In this document: positions 29,845 through 39,460 of the stretch, one piece after another
Numbering within the stretch: position 1 is the first letter of the stretch
How the letters are laid out: each line of letters starts with the position of its first letter
Origin: Rhodoferax sp.
GTDB taxonomy: Bacteria > Pseudomonadota > Gammaproteobacteria > Burkholderiales > Burkholderiaceae_C
NCBI GenBank assembly: GCA_026224975.1
Contig: JAMFRW010000348.1
Coordinates: 1 to 63,158, forward strand
Length of the DNA stretch: 63,158 bases
Reading direction: 5' to 3'
Translations under genes and position numbers: made by a program
Notes under the pieces: generated by a model
The model's database searches: none
What the model was told of the DNA's origin: nothing
What the model saw: only the letters and a program-made list of their open reading frames with translations

Positions 29845-31730
29845 CGGTGACCTTCTCCTCCGCCGTGCTGCAAATCCTCACCGGCCTCGCGTCGGCGTCG
29901 GCGCTGTTCCTGGTCGGCAGCGGGCTCTCGCTGATCTTCGGGGTGACGCGCATCGTCAACTTCGCGCACGGTTCGTTCTACATGCTGGGGCTGTATGCGG
30001 CGGTGTCGTTGGTCAATGCGTTCGGCGGAAGCTCGCTGGGCTATTGGGGTGGCATCCTCGTTGCGGCGCTGCTCGTGGCCGTGCTCGGCGCGGTCATCGA
30101 GATGCTGGTGCTGCGCCGCCTCTACGCCGCGCCCGAGCTGTACCAGCTGCTCGCCACCTTCGCGCTGGTGCTGGTCATCCGCGATGCCGCGCTGTGGGCC
30201 TGGGGGCCAGAAGACCTGCTCGGCCCCAAGGCGCCGGGCATGAAGGGCGCGCTCGATGTGCTGGACAAGCCCTTTCCCAGCTACGACCTTTTCTCCATCT
30301 TCGTCGGCCCCGTGGTGCTGGGCCTGTTGTGGCTGCTGCTCACGCGCACGCGCTGGGGCCTGCTGGTGCGCGCGGCCACGCAAGACCGCGAGATGGTCGG
30401 CGCGCTCGGCGTCAATCAGCAGTGGCTCTTCACCTCGGTCTTTGCGCTCGGCACCTTCCTGGCGGCGCTCGGTGGCGCCTTGCAGATGCCGCACGAGCCG
30501 GCCAACCTCAACCTCGACCTGGCGCTGATCGGCGAGGCCTTCGTGGTCGTCGTGGTGGGTGGCATGGGTTCGGTGTTCGGCGCGTTCGTGGCGGCCATTC
30601 TGATCGCGATGGTCAAGGCCTTTTGCATCGGCGCAGGCTCGATCGATGTCTTCGGCACGCCCTTCCCCTTGAGCAAGCTCACGCTGGTCGCCGAATTCGT
30701 GGTGATGGCGCTGGTGCTGGTCTGGCGGCCGTGGGGCCTGTTCGGCAAGCCGCAAGGCGTGGTGCGCGGCGGCAGCGAGATCGATCAACCGCTGCGCCCC
30801 TTGCCGCTGATGTGGAAGCGCATCGGCCTGGTCGCGCTCGCGCTGCTGTTGCTCGTGCCTCTGCTGCAGTCGTCGGCGCCTTACGTGGTCGTGCTGATGA
30901 TCGACCTGCTCATCGCCGTGCTCTTCGCGGCCAGCCTGCACTTCGTCATGGGCCCGGCCGGCATGCATTCGTTCGGGCACGCGGCGTACTTCGGGCTGGG
31001 TGCTTATGGTGCGGCGCTGTGCCTCGTCGGCCTGAAGCTGCCGATGGAGCTGGCGCTCATCGCCGCGCCCTTGCTCGCGGCCTTGGGCGCGCTGCTCTTC
31101 GGCTGGTTCTGCGTGCGGCTTTCGGGCGTGTACCTCGCGATGCTGACGCTGGCGTTCGCGCAAATCGTCTGGTCCATCATCTACCAGTGGGACACGGTCA
31201 CCGGCGGCAGCAACGGCCTGGTCGGCATCTGGCCGGCGGGCTGGCTCTCGTCGAAGCCGGCCTACTACTACGTGACGCTGCTGTTCGTCGTGGCCGGTTG
31301 CGGCCTGCTCGCGCGCACGCTGCATGCGCCGCTGGGGCTGGCGCTGCGGGCGGGGCGCGATTCACCGGTGCGGGCCAACGCGATCGGCATCGACCTGCCC
31401 CGCCTGCAGTGGGTCGCCTTCGTGATCGCGGGCACCTTGGCCGGCTTGGCGGGCTCGCTCTTCGCCTTCGCTAAGGGCACGATTTCGCCCGAGACGCTGG
31501 CGGTCGGCAAGTCGGTCGATGGCCTGGTGATGGTCTTGCTCGGCGGCGTGCAAACCCTCTCCGGCCCGTGGGTCGGCGCGGCGCTGTTCACCTGGTTGCA
31601 AGACACCATCGCACGGCAAACCGACTACTGGCGCGCGTTGCTCGGCGTCATCATGCTGGCGCTGGTGCTGGTGTTTCCGCTGGGCATCGCAGGTGGCTTG
31701 CGGCGCATGTTCCTGAAGGAGCCGGCATGA
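29841..31730 (+). CDS. Fused LivH-LivM ABC permease
   Basis: GLSLIFG..IVNFAHG; second half SFGHAAYFG, TGGSNG. Confidence 0.92.
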   Translation: MTVTFSSAVLQILTGLASASALFLVGSGLSLIFGVTRIVNFAHGSFYMLGLYAAVSLVNAFGGSSLGYWGGILVAALLVAVLGAVIEMLVLRRLYAAPELYQLLATFALVLVIRDAALWAWGPEDLLGPKAPGMKGALDVLDKPFPSYDLFSIFVGPVVLGLLWLLLTRTRWGLLVRAATQDREMVGALGVNQQWLFTSVFALGTFLAALGGALQMPHEPANLNLDLALIGEAFVVVVVGGMGSVFGAFVAAILIAMVKAFCIGAGSIDVFGTPFPLSKLTLVAEFVVMALVLVWRPWGLFGKPQGVVRGGSEIDQPLRPLPLMWKRIGLVALALLLLVPLLQSSAPYVVVLMIDLLIAVLFAASLHFVMGPAGMHSFGHAAYFGLGAYGAALCLVGLKLPMELALIAAPLLAALGALLFGWFCVRLSGVYLAMLTLAFAQIVWSIIYQWDTVTGGSNGLVGIWPAGWLSSKPAYYYVTLLFVVAGCGLLARTLHAPLGLALRAGRDSPVRANAIGIDLPRLQWVAFVIAGTLAGLAGSLFAFAKGTISPETLAVGKSVDGLVMVLLGGVQTLSGPWVGAALFTWLQDTIARQTDYWRALLGVIMLALVLVFPLGIAGGLRRMFLKEPA

Positions 31731-31786
31731 GCCGCCGGGCCGCTCCCAAGGCGAATTCCGCAGTGCGAAGCACGGAGGCGTCCTGA
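31727..31786 (+). other. 60-nt junction element encoding 19-aa mini-ORF MSRRAAPKANSAVRSTEAS
   Basis: ATG overlaps the permease stop (ATGA); its TGA overlaps the next ATG (TGATG); internal GGAGG SD. Confidence 0.65.
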
Positions 31787-32565
31787 TGACCCTGCCCTTG
31801 TTGGAGGTGCGCGGCTTGAGCAAAGCCTTCGGCGGTTTGCGGGCCGTGAGCGGCGTGAGCTTCGATCTCGCAGCGGGCGAGATGCTCGCGATGATCGGGC
31901 CGAATGGTGCCGGCAAGTCGACCTGCTTCAACATGGTCAACGGCCAGTTGGCGCCGGATGCGGGCTCGGTGAAACTGGCCGGCACCGAACTCGTCGGCCA
32001 GAGGCCCAAGGCCATCTGGCGGCTCGGCGTGGGGCGCACCTTCCAGATCGCCGAAACCTTTGCCTCGCTCACGGTGCTCGAGAACGTGCAGCTCGCGCTG
32101 CTCTCGCATGCGCACCGCGTGTTCCGCTTCTGGCGCCCTGCGCGGGAGCAGTTTCGCGACGAAGCCTTGGCGCTGCTGGCCAACGTCGGCATGGCGCCGC
32201 AGGCCGAGCGCGCGATGAGCGTGCTGGCGTATGGCGACGTCAAACGGGTGGAGCTGGCGATCGCGCTGGCCAACCAACCGCGCCTCTTGCTGATGGACGA
32301 ACCCACTGCCGGCATGGCCCCGCGCGAGCGCAACGAGCTGATGGCGCTGACGCGGCGGCTCGCCATCGAGCAGCAGATCGGCGTGCTCTTCACCGAGCAC
32401 AGCATGGACGTGGTGTTTGCGCATGCCGACCGCATGATCGTGCTGGCGCGCGGCGAGCTGATCGCCAGCGGCGCGCCGGCCGAAGTGCGTGACGACCCGA
32501 AGGTGCGGCAGGTCTACTTCGGCATGGGCACGACCTTCGAGAACGCGGAGCCGGCCCATGCTTGA
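31786..32565 (+). CDS. ABC ATPase (LivG-like)
   Basis: GPNGAGKS, LLMDEPTAG, TEHSMD. Confidence 0.95.
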   Translation: MTLPLLEVRGLSKAFGGLRAVSGVSFDLAAGEMLAMIGPNGAGKSTCFNMVNGQLAPDAGSVKLAGTELVGQRPKAIWRLGVGRTFQIAETFASLTVLENVQLALLSHAHRVFRFWRPAREQFRDEALALLANVGMAPQAERAMSVLAYGDVKRVELAIALANQPRLLLMDEPTAGMAPRERNELMALTRRLAIEQQIGVLFTEHSMDVVFAHADRMIVLARGELIASGAPAEVRDDPKVRQVYFGMGTTFENAEPAHA

Positions 32566-33271
32566 AGTGCGGCAACTCAACGCCTGGTACGGCAAGGCAC
32601 AGATCCTCTACGACGTGTCGTTCGACGTTCGGCCCGGTGAATGCGTGGCGCTGATGGGCCGCAACGGCGCGGGCAAATCGACCACGATGAAAGCGCTGAT
32701 GGGCGTGCTCGCCAAGCGCTCGGGGCAGGTGACGTTTCGTGCGGCCGATGTGGCGCACGACATCTCGAACCTCGCGCCCTACCGCATCAACCGCCTGGGC
32801 CTGGGCTGGGTGCCGGAAGACCGGCGCGTGTTCACCGACCTGACCGTGCTGGAGAACCTCGCCGTGGCGCGACAGCCGCCGCGAAAGGGCGCGCCGACCT
32901 GGTCGCACGCGCAGCTCTTCGAACTCTTCCCCAACCTCGGCGCCATGCCCGACCGGCCCGGCGGCCGCATGAGTGGAGGTGAGCAGCAGATGCTCACCAT
33001 CGCGCGCACGCTGATGGGCAACCCGTACCTGATCCTGCTCGATGAGCCTTCGGAGGGCGTCGCGCCGGTGATCGTCGAGCAGATGGCGCAGATGATCCTG
33101 ACGCTCAAGCGCCAGGGCTTGTCCATCCTGCTGAGCGAGCAGAACCTGCACTTCGCGCGCCTCGTTTCCGACCGCGCCGTGGTTCTGGAAAAAGGCCAGG
33201 TGCAGTTCGACGATTCGATGGCCGCGCTGACGCGCGACGAGGCCATTCAACGCAATTACCTGAGCGTCTAG
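32558..33271 (+). CDS. ABC ATPase (LivF-like)
   Basis: GRNGAGKS, MSGGEQQML, LLDEPSEG. Confidence 0.95.
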   Translation: MLEVRQLNAWYGKAQILYDVSFDVRPGECVALMGRNGAGKSTTMKALMGVLAKRSGQVTFRAADVAHDISNLAPYRINRLGLGWVPEDRRVFTDLTVLENLAVARQPPRKGAPTWSHAQLFELFPNLGAMPDRPGGRMSGGEQQMLTIARTLMGNPYLILLDEPSEGVAPVIVEQMAQMILTLKRQGLSILLSEQNLHFARLVSDRAVVLEKGQVQFDDSMAALTRDEAIQRNYLSV

Positions 33272-33297
33272 ACGATGCCAACCATGGGTCTTTCGAC

Positions 33298-35349
33298 ATG
33301 AGCCGAATCGCAGGCATCGATGTGGGCGGGACCTTCACCGACCTGATCCTGGTCGACGATGCGACCGGCGAGGTCAGCCTGGCCAAGGTGCCGACCACTG
33401 TGCACAACCAGGCCTTCGGCGTGCTCGCGGCGCTCGACGCGGCGGGTGCCGACCCGGCCTCGCTCGATGCCATCGTGCATGGCACGACGACCACGACCAA
33501 CGCGATGCTGGAGCGCAAGATCGCGCGCGTCGGGCTCATCACCACGCGTGGCTTTCGCGATGTACTGGAACTCGGCCGCCGCACGCGGCCCACGCCCTAC
33601 GGCCTCAAGGGCCAGTTCGTGCCGCTGATCCCCCGCGAGCTGCGGCTGGAAGTCGATGAACGCATGGATGCCGATGGCGAGGTGCTGCGACCGCTGGACG
33701 AAGCGCAAGTCGAGGCCGCTGTGGTGCAACTGCTGGCCGCCGGCGCCGAAAGCGTCGTCATCCACTTTCTGCACAGCTACATCAACGCCTCGCACGAAGC
33801 GCGTGCTGCCGAGATCGTGCGCTCGCTCTGGCCCAACCCGCATGTGACGGCAGGCCACACGGTGGTCGCCGAATACCGCGAGTACGAGCGTGGCACCACC
33901 GCCGCGGTGAACGCCGCGATCCAGCCCGTGCTGCACCGCTACATCGCGCGGCTGCAAGGCGAGCTGGCCGGCCGCGGCTTCACGCGCGAGCTGCTGGTGA
34001 TGCAGGGCAACGGCGGCACGGTGGCCGCCTCACTCGTGGCGGAGCATGCGGTGAACACGGTGATGTCCGGGCCTGCCTCGGGCGTGATCGCGGCGGCCGC
34101 CACGGCCATGCAGGCGGGCTCGTTCCCAGGCGAGTTCGCCAACGTCGTTACCTACGACATGGGGGGCACGTCGAGCGATGTGGCGCTGGTGCTCAATGGT
34201 CTGCCCAGCGTCTCGAGCGATCTCGAACTCGAATACGCGATGCCCATTCACGTGCCCATGGTCGATGTGCACACCATCGGCGCCGGTGGCGGCTCGCTGG
34301 CGAGCGTGGATGCGGGCGGCATGTTGCGCGTCGGCCCCGAGAGCGCGGGCGCCACGCCCGGGCCGATCTGCTACGGCAGGGGCGGCACGCGGCCGACCAT
34401 CACCGATGCCAACCTGGTGCTCGGCCGGCTCGACCCCGACCGCCTGCTCGCGGTCGACAGCCCCGTCTCGGTCGAGACCTTGTGTGCCGCGTTGCGCGAG
34501 CACGTGGGCCACAAGCTGGGGCTCGATGCCGAAGCCTCTGCCGCGGCGATCCTGCGCGTGGCCAACGACAAGATGGCCGGCGCGGTGCGCATGGTCAGCC
34601 TCTCGCGCGGCCACGACCCGCGCGACTTCGCCCTGTTCGCCTTCGGTGGTGCCGGGCCCTTGCATGCGGTGGCACTGGCGCGCGAACTCGGCATCCCGAA
34701 GGTCTTGATCCCCGCGCGGCCGGGCTTGACGAATGCGCTCGGCTGCGTGGTGGCCGACCTGCGCCACGACTTCGTGCGAACCGTGAATCGCCCGCTCTCG
34801 TCGCTGGATGAAGGCGTGATCGCCGCCTTGTTCGAAGCGCAGATCACTGCCGGCCGCGAACTGCTGGCGCGCGAGCCGGTGGCGGTGGAAGCGGTGGTCA
34901 CCGTGCACCGCGCCGACATGCAGTTCCAGGGCCAGAGCCACATCCTGCCGGTCGCCATCGACAACATGAACATCACCGTCGCCGAGCTGCGCGCGGTGTT
35001 CGAGGCCGCCTACTGGCAGCGCTTCGGCGTGGAGCTGCCCGAGATCCTGCCGGTGCTGGTGAACCTCCACACCGCCGTGATCGGCAAGCGACGCGCGGTC
35101 TCGCTCGCGTCCATCATGGCGGCCAAACCCGCGGCATCGTTGGACGAAGCCCGACGGCTGATTCGCCCGGTGTGGTTCGATGGCGGATGGATGGATACGC
35201 CGGTGTATGTGCGCGAGCGGCTGCCGTTGGGTACTTCGTTCACCGGGCCGGCGATCGTGGAACAGTTCGATGGGACGACGGTGGTGGAGCCGGGCAACCA
35301 TGTCACGATGGATTCGATCGGCAACTTGATCATTGGCGTGGGAACATGA
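33298..35349 (+). CDS. Hydantoinase A / 5-oxoprolinase ATP-binding subunit
   Basis: GIDVGGTFTD, HGTT, SGPASG, DMGGTS, IGAGGGS, FGGAGPLH. Confidence 0.95.
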   Translation: MSRIAGIDVGGTFTDLILVDDATGEVSLAKVPTTVHNQAFGVLAALDAAGADPASLDAIVHGTTTTTNAMLERKIARVGLITTRGFRDVLELGRRTRPTPYGLKGQFVPLIPRELRLEVDERMDADGEVLRPLDEAQVEAAVVQLLAAGAESVVIHFLHSYINASHEARAAEIVRSLWPNPHVTAGHTVVAEYREYERGTTAAVNAAIQPVLHRYIARLQGELAGRGFTRELLVMQGNGGTVAASLVAEHAVNTVMSGPASGVIAAAATAMQAGSFPGEFANVVTYDMGGTSSDVALVLNGLPSVSSDLELEYAMPIHVPMVDVHTIGAGGGSLASVDAGGMLRVGPESAGATPGPICYGRGGTRPTITDANLVLGRLDPDRLLAVDSPVSVETLCAALREHVGHKLGLDAEASAAAILRVANDKMAGAVRMVSLSRGHDPRDFALFAFGGAGPLHAVALARELGIPKVLIPARPGLTNALGCVVADLRHDFVRTVNRPLSSLDEGVIAALFEAQITAGRELLAREPVAVEAVVTVHRADMQFQGQSHILPVAIDNMNITVAELRAVFEAAYWQRFGVELPEILPVLVNLHTAVIGKRRAVSLASIMAAKPAASLDEARRLIRPVWFDGGWMDTPVYVRERLPLGTSFTGPAIVEQFDGTTVVEPGNHVTMDSIGNLIIGVGT

Positions 35350-35395
35350 GGCCCCTCCTGAGCGCTGAGCGTGGCCAAGCCCGCCGGGTGGTCCC

Positions 35396-35607
35396 CTCCG
35401 CGAATGTCCTCCGGCCGGGCTTCGCCCAACCTCCCCCTTTATTTCGCTGCGGGAACCACCCGACGGCCTCGGCCGGGGGACCTCGGAGGTACGCCTCCAA
35501 CCACTGCCCGGCTCGCTGCGATGGTTCCGAGATCGGTTCGGCTGGGCATGCTGCGCAGCGAAATCAAGGGGGAGGTGGCCGAAGGCCGCCGGAGGACATT
35601 CGCGGAG
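35396..35607. repeat. MITE/REPIN-like element with about 55-bp imperfect inverted repeats
   Basis: CTCCGCGAATGTCCTCCGGC...CCTCCCCCTTTATTTCGCTGCG (35396-35451) and reverse-complement copy CGCAGCGAAATCAAGGGGGAGG...GCCGGAGGACATTCGCGGAG (35554-35607). Confidence 0.85.
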
Positions 35608-35668
35608 CAGCGTGCCCTGGCGGACCGATCAGCGCGCCGACACCAGCGGATCATCAGGAGCCACAAAC

Positions 35669-37372
35669 ATGACCATCGACCCCATCACCCTCGGCGTCCT
35701 GCAAAACGGCCTCCAGCAAGTCTGCAACGAGATGGACCTGGCCTTCGTGCGAAGCGCCTTCAGTCCGGTGATCGCCGAGGCGCTCGACCGCTCCGACGGC
35801 ATCTATCACCGGTCCACCGGCGCGCTCATTGCCCAGGGCGAGCTGGGCCTGCCGGTGTTCGTCGGCACCATGCAGTTCACCGTGCAAGCCGTGATCGAAC
35901 ACATCGCCAGACACAAGGTCACGCTGCACGAAGGCGATGTGTTCATCGTCAACGATCCGTACCTCGGCGGCACGCACTTGATGGACGTGAAGTTTGTGCA
36001 GCCCTTCTTCCACGAAGGTGCGCTCTGGTGCTGGCTCGCCAACACAGGCCACTGGCCCGACACCGGCGGCATGGTGCCGGGCGGCTTCTCGGCCAACGCG
36101 ACCGAGGTGGAGCAGGAAGGCCTGCGCCTGCCGCCGGTCAAGCTCTACAAGCGCGGGCAGATCGACCAGGAGATTCTCTCGATCATCCTTTCCAACATCC
36201 GCATCGCCGACCAGCGCATCGGCGACATCAAGGCGCAGGCGGCAGCGCTCACGACGGGCGACAAGCGGCTCTCGGCGCTGCTCGCACGCTACGGCGCGGC
36301 AACCGTCGAAGCGGGCATCATTGAACTCGAAGCCCGCGCCGCGCAGCAGATGCGTGCCTGCATCGCGGCCATTCCCGATGGCAGCTACGAGGGCGAAGCG
36401 TTCGTCGATTCCGACGGCGTGGTCAACGAGCCGCTGCGCATCGCGATGAAGATCACCAAGCGCGGCGGCACCGACGACGCCACCTTGAGCTTCGACATGA
36501 CCGGCTCGTCGCCCCCGTGCAAGGGCCCGATGAACAGCGTGATTGCCACCACCAAGTCATCGATCTACCTGGCCGTGAAGCATGTGTTCCCCGATGTGGC
36601 GATCAACGCCGGCACCTTCATGCCGCTGCAGATCACCGAGCCCGAAGGCACGTTCCTTTACGCGCGCTATCCGCGGCCGGTCTCTGGCTGCGCGGCAGAG
36701 GTGAGCCAGCGCATCGCCGAGGCGGTGTTCGCGGCGCTCGGCAAGGCCATCCCCGACCAGCTCTTCGGCGCGCCGGCCGGCACCAGCGGCAACCTCGGCG
36801 TGGGCGGCTTCGACCCGCAAAAGAACCGCGCCTACGTGATGTACGTGATCTCCGGCGGCGGCTACGGCGGCAGCCCGGCGGGCGACGGCATCTCCAACGG
36901 CTGCTCCACCATCGGCATCTCCAAGACCACGCCGATCGAGATCATGGAGCAGCTCTACCCGGTGCTCTTCGAGGAGTACTCGCTGCACGAAGGCTCCGGC
37001 GGCGCCGGCGAACACCGCGGCGGCTTCGGCGTCAACTACCGCATCCGCCTGCGCCGCGGCGAAGCCACCGTCTCCATGGTGATGGACCACGGCCGTGCCG
37101 GCCCACCCGGCGTACAGGGCGGCGGCGCGGGCGGAGTCAACACGGTCGAGATCATCCGCAACGGCCAGACGTATGTGCCGGCGCATCTGTCGAAGGACCA
37201 GGACATCCGCATCACGGCCGACGATGTGATCAGCGTCTCCACGCCCGGCGGTGGCGGCTTCGGGCCGCCTTCGGCACGTGATGCCGACGCAGTAAAGCAC
37301 GATGTGGCGCTGGGGTATTACACGGCGGAGGAATCGCGAAGGTTGTTCGAGGCGTCGGTTCCCCTGGCGTGA
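35669..37372 (+). CDS. Hydantoinase B / 5-oxoprolinase catalytic subunit
   Basis: IDPITL, RSAFSPVI, NDPYLGGTHL.D, HW.D.GG..PG, GSGGAG..RGG, TPGGGGFG; AGGAG SD. Confidence 0.95.
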   Translation: MTIDPITLGVLQNGLQQVCNEMDLAFVRSAFSPVIAEALDRSDGIYHRSTGALIAQGELGLPVFVGTMQFTVQAVIEHIARHKVTLHEGDVFIVNDPYLGGTHLMDVKFVQPFFHEGALWCWLANTGHWPDTGGMVPGGFSANATEVEQEGLRLPPVKLYKRGQIDQEILSIILSNIRIADQRIGDIKAQAAALTTGDKRLSALLARYGAATVEAGIIELEARAAQQMRACIAAIPDGSYEGEAFVDSDGVVNEPLRIAMKITKRGGTDDATLSFDMTGSSPPCKGPMNSVIATTKSSIYLAVKHVFPDVAINAGTFMPLQITEPEGTFLYARYPRPVSGCAAEVSQRIAEAVFAALGKAIPDQLFGAPAGTSGNLGVGGFDPQKNRAYVMYVISGGGYGGSPAGDGISNGCSTIGISKTTPIEIMEQLYPVLFEEYSLHEGSGGAGEHRGGFGVNYRIRLRRGEATVSMVMDHGRAGPPGVQGGGAGGVNTVEIIRNGQTYVPAHLSKDQDIRITADDVISVSTPGGGGFGPPSARDADAVKHDVALGYYTAEESRRLFEASVPLA

Positions 37373-37403
37373 CCGCTGTGCGCTGGCGCGCGATGGTGAG
37401 CCG

Positions 37404-37649
37404 TCAGCGCTCGTCGCCTTCGCGTGGCGTCTCGCCGCCCTTTCGTTTCAGCAGGCGCTCGAATGCCTTCAAGTTGGCGCGGCCCTTTCGTTCTGCAAAG
37501 AACGCAACCGTGCTCATCACCGCCAGCTTTTCGGCCACGGCCGTCGCCACGAACTGGTTCATGCTGATGCCCTCTTCCTTGGCCAGCTTCTCGACGGCCG
37601 ACTTCACCGATCGTGGCAAGCGCAAGGGGTAGGTCGATGTTTCGCTCAT
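37404..37649 (-). CDS. RHH/HicB-like antitoxin
   Basis: YPLRLPRS...LAKEEGISMNQF..AVAEKL; ATGA overlap with the PIN gene. Confidence 0.85.
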   Translation of the reverse strand: MSETSTYPLRLPRSVKSAVEKLAKEEGISMNQFVATAVAEKLAVMSTVAFFAERKGRANLKAFERLLKRKGGETPREGDER

Positions 37650-38074
37650 GTCACCAAGCTCCGTAAGGCTTCACGCGGAAGCAAGACTTTGACGCCGAAC
37701 CGCTTCGGCGCGTCGCCGAAATCCCGTCGGTTGAAAGTGACGATTGCGTCGGCACGGCCATTGACGGCCGCCTCCAGCACCATTTCGTCTGCAGGGTCGC
37801 GCAGTTGCGGGCGCCACACAAAATGCGATTCCACAGGTTCGACGAGTGCCGCGACGGCATCCAGAAAGACCTTTAACTCTGCCGCATCGATGCCCGCTGC
37901 GGCCATGTGCTGGGCACGGGCGCAAACCGCTTCGTACTCGAGTACCAGCGCCACATTGGCCAGCAGCGTGATCCTTCCGCTCAGCGCTTCCTCCAACAAA
38001 CCCGCCGACGCACCACTGGGGCTGCGCATCGCCGCCACCAGAGAATCAGTATCCAGGACGACGCGCATGCCCAT
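37646..38074 (-). CDS. PIN-domain toxin
   Basis: RVVLDTD, LEYE, RDPADEMVLEAA, IVTFN.RDF acidic PIN residues. Confidence 0.9.
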   Translation of the reverse strand: MGMRVVLDTDSLVAAMRSPSGASAGLLEEALSGRITLLANVALVLEYEAVCARAQHMAAAGIDAAELKVFLDAVAALVEPVESHFVWRPQLRDPADEMVLEAAVNGRADAIVTFNRRDFGDAPKRFGVKVLLPREALRSLVT

Positions 38075-38218
38075 AGTGTGACATCACTGGCGATGTGATG
38101 CAATAGTGCCGATACAAGCGTGCGGCTTGAGGTCGCGCTGCCGTCCTTTGGCCTTTGGTTGCCAGGGCCGATGCGTGCGTTTCTACAATCCGATCCTCCC
38201 CATGCCCCGAACAGCACC

Positions 38219-39442
38219 ATGACATCTTCGGCCGACACGCCGGCCGACGAGCGCCAGCGCTTCCTCTCGCTGCTCGCTGCGGCCGTCGAAGACCAGACGT
38301 TCACCAAGCTCGTGCTCGCCAAACCCCGTGGCGGCGAGGTGGATGCCGCATCGCGCGTCACCATCCGCCCCATCGTGCTGCGCGACCAACCGCAACTGAA
38401 CATCGTCCACACGCACGCGACGCGCGACGTGACGAAGAACTTGCCGGTGGCCGAAGCGCTCGCCGCGATCGGCGATTGGGTCGGGCTCGCGTTCAGCCGT
38501 GCGTACCTGTTCACCGCGACGGAAGAAGTGCAGTTGCTCGTCAGCAAGAAGGGCCAGCAGACCCTGCGCCGCACGCCGCTGGTCGGTGCTGCGAACAAGC
38601 CGGCTCCAACCGCCTCGCACGACCGCCCCAAGCACCGTTTCGTCGACATCGACCGGCCGTTTCTCACCGCGCTCGGTGTCACCGACGCCCAGCATCGGCT
38701 GATCCCGGCGATGGCGCGCAAGTGGAAGCAGATCAACAAGTTCGTCGAGGTGCTGGACCATGCGCTGGCGTCCACGCCGCTCAAGGACCAGCCGCAACTC
38801 AAGGTGGCCGACTTCGGCAGTGGCAAGGGCTATCTGACCTTCGCGCTGCACGATCACCTGCGGCACACGCTGGGCTTGTCGGCCGAGGTGACGGGCGTCG
38901 AACTGCGTGAGGACATGGTGGCGTTGTGCAACGGCGCGGCCGACCGCCTGGCCTTGCAAGGCCTGAATTTCGAGCAGGGCGACGTGAGCACGCGGCCGCC
39001 TGAAGCCGTCGATGTGATGATCGCGCTGCATGCTTGCGACACGGCGACGGACCACGCCATCCACACCGGCCTGCGCGCCGGTGCGCAGATCATCATGTGC
39101 TCGCCGTGCTGCCACAAGGAGCTGCGCCCGCAGTTGCTGAGCCCGCACCCGCTGCGGCCGATCCTGAAGCACGGTGTGCACCTGGGCCAGCAGGCCGAGA
39201 TGCTGACCGACGGCCTGCGCGCGATGCTGCTCGATGCCTGCGGCTACGACACGCAGGTGTTCGAGTTCGTGGCGCTGGAGCACACCAACAAGAACAAGAT
39301 GATCCTGGCGGTGAAGCGCGCTTCGACCTCGGCCGCCGACGAGCAGGTCTGGCAGCAGATCCGCGAGATCAAGGGCTTCTACGGGATTCGGGATCAGTGT
39401 CTGGAGACGTTGTTGTTGGCGGATCGGGCGGTGGTGGCCTAG
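38219..39442 (+). CDS. SAM-dependent methyltransferase (Methyltransf_32-like)
   Basis: DFGSGKGYL, ALHACDTATD, PCCH, HT.KN. Confidence 0.88.
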   Translation: MTSSADTPADERQRFLSLLAAAVEDQTFTKLVLAKPRGGEVDAASRVTIRPIVLRDQPQLNIVHTHATRDVTKNLPVAEALAAIGDWVGLAFSRAYLFTATEEVQLLVSKKGQQTLRRTPLVGAANKPAPTASHDRPKHRFVDIDRPFLTALGVTDAQHRLIPAMARKWKQINKFVEVLDHALASTPLKDQPQLKVADFGSGKGYLTFALHDHLRHTLGLSAEVTGVELREDMVALCNGAADRLALQGLNFEQGDVSTRPPEAVDVMIALHACDTATDHAIHTGLRAGAQIIMCSPCCHKELRPQLLSPHPLRPILKHGVHLGQQAEMLTDGLRAMLLDACGYDTQVFEFVALEHTNKNKMILAVKRASTSAADEQVWQQIREIKGFYGIRDQCLETLLLADRAVVA

Positions 39443-39460
39443 ACCACTGTCGCGCCGCCG

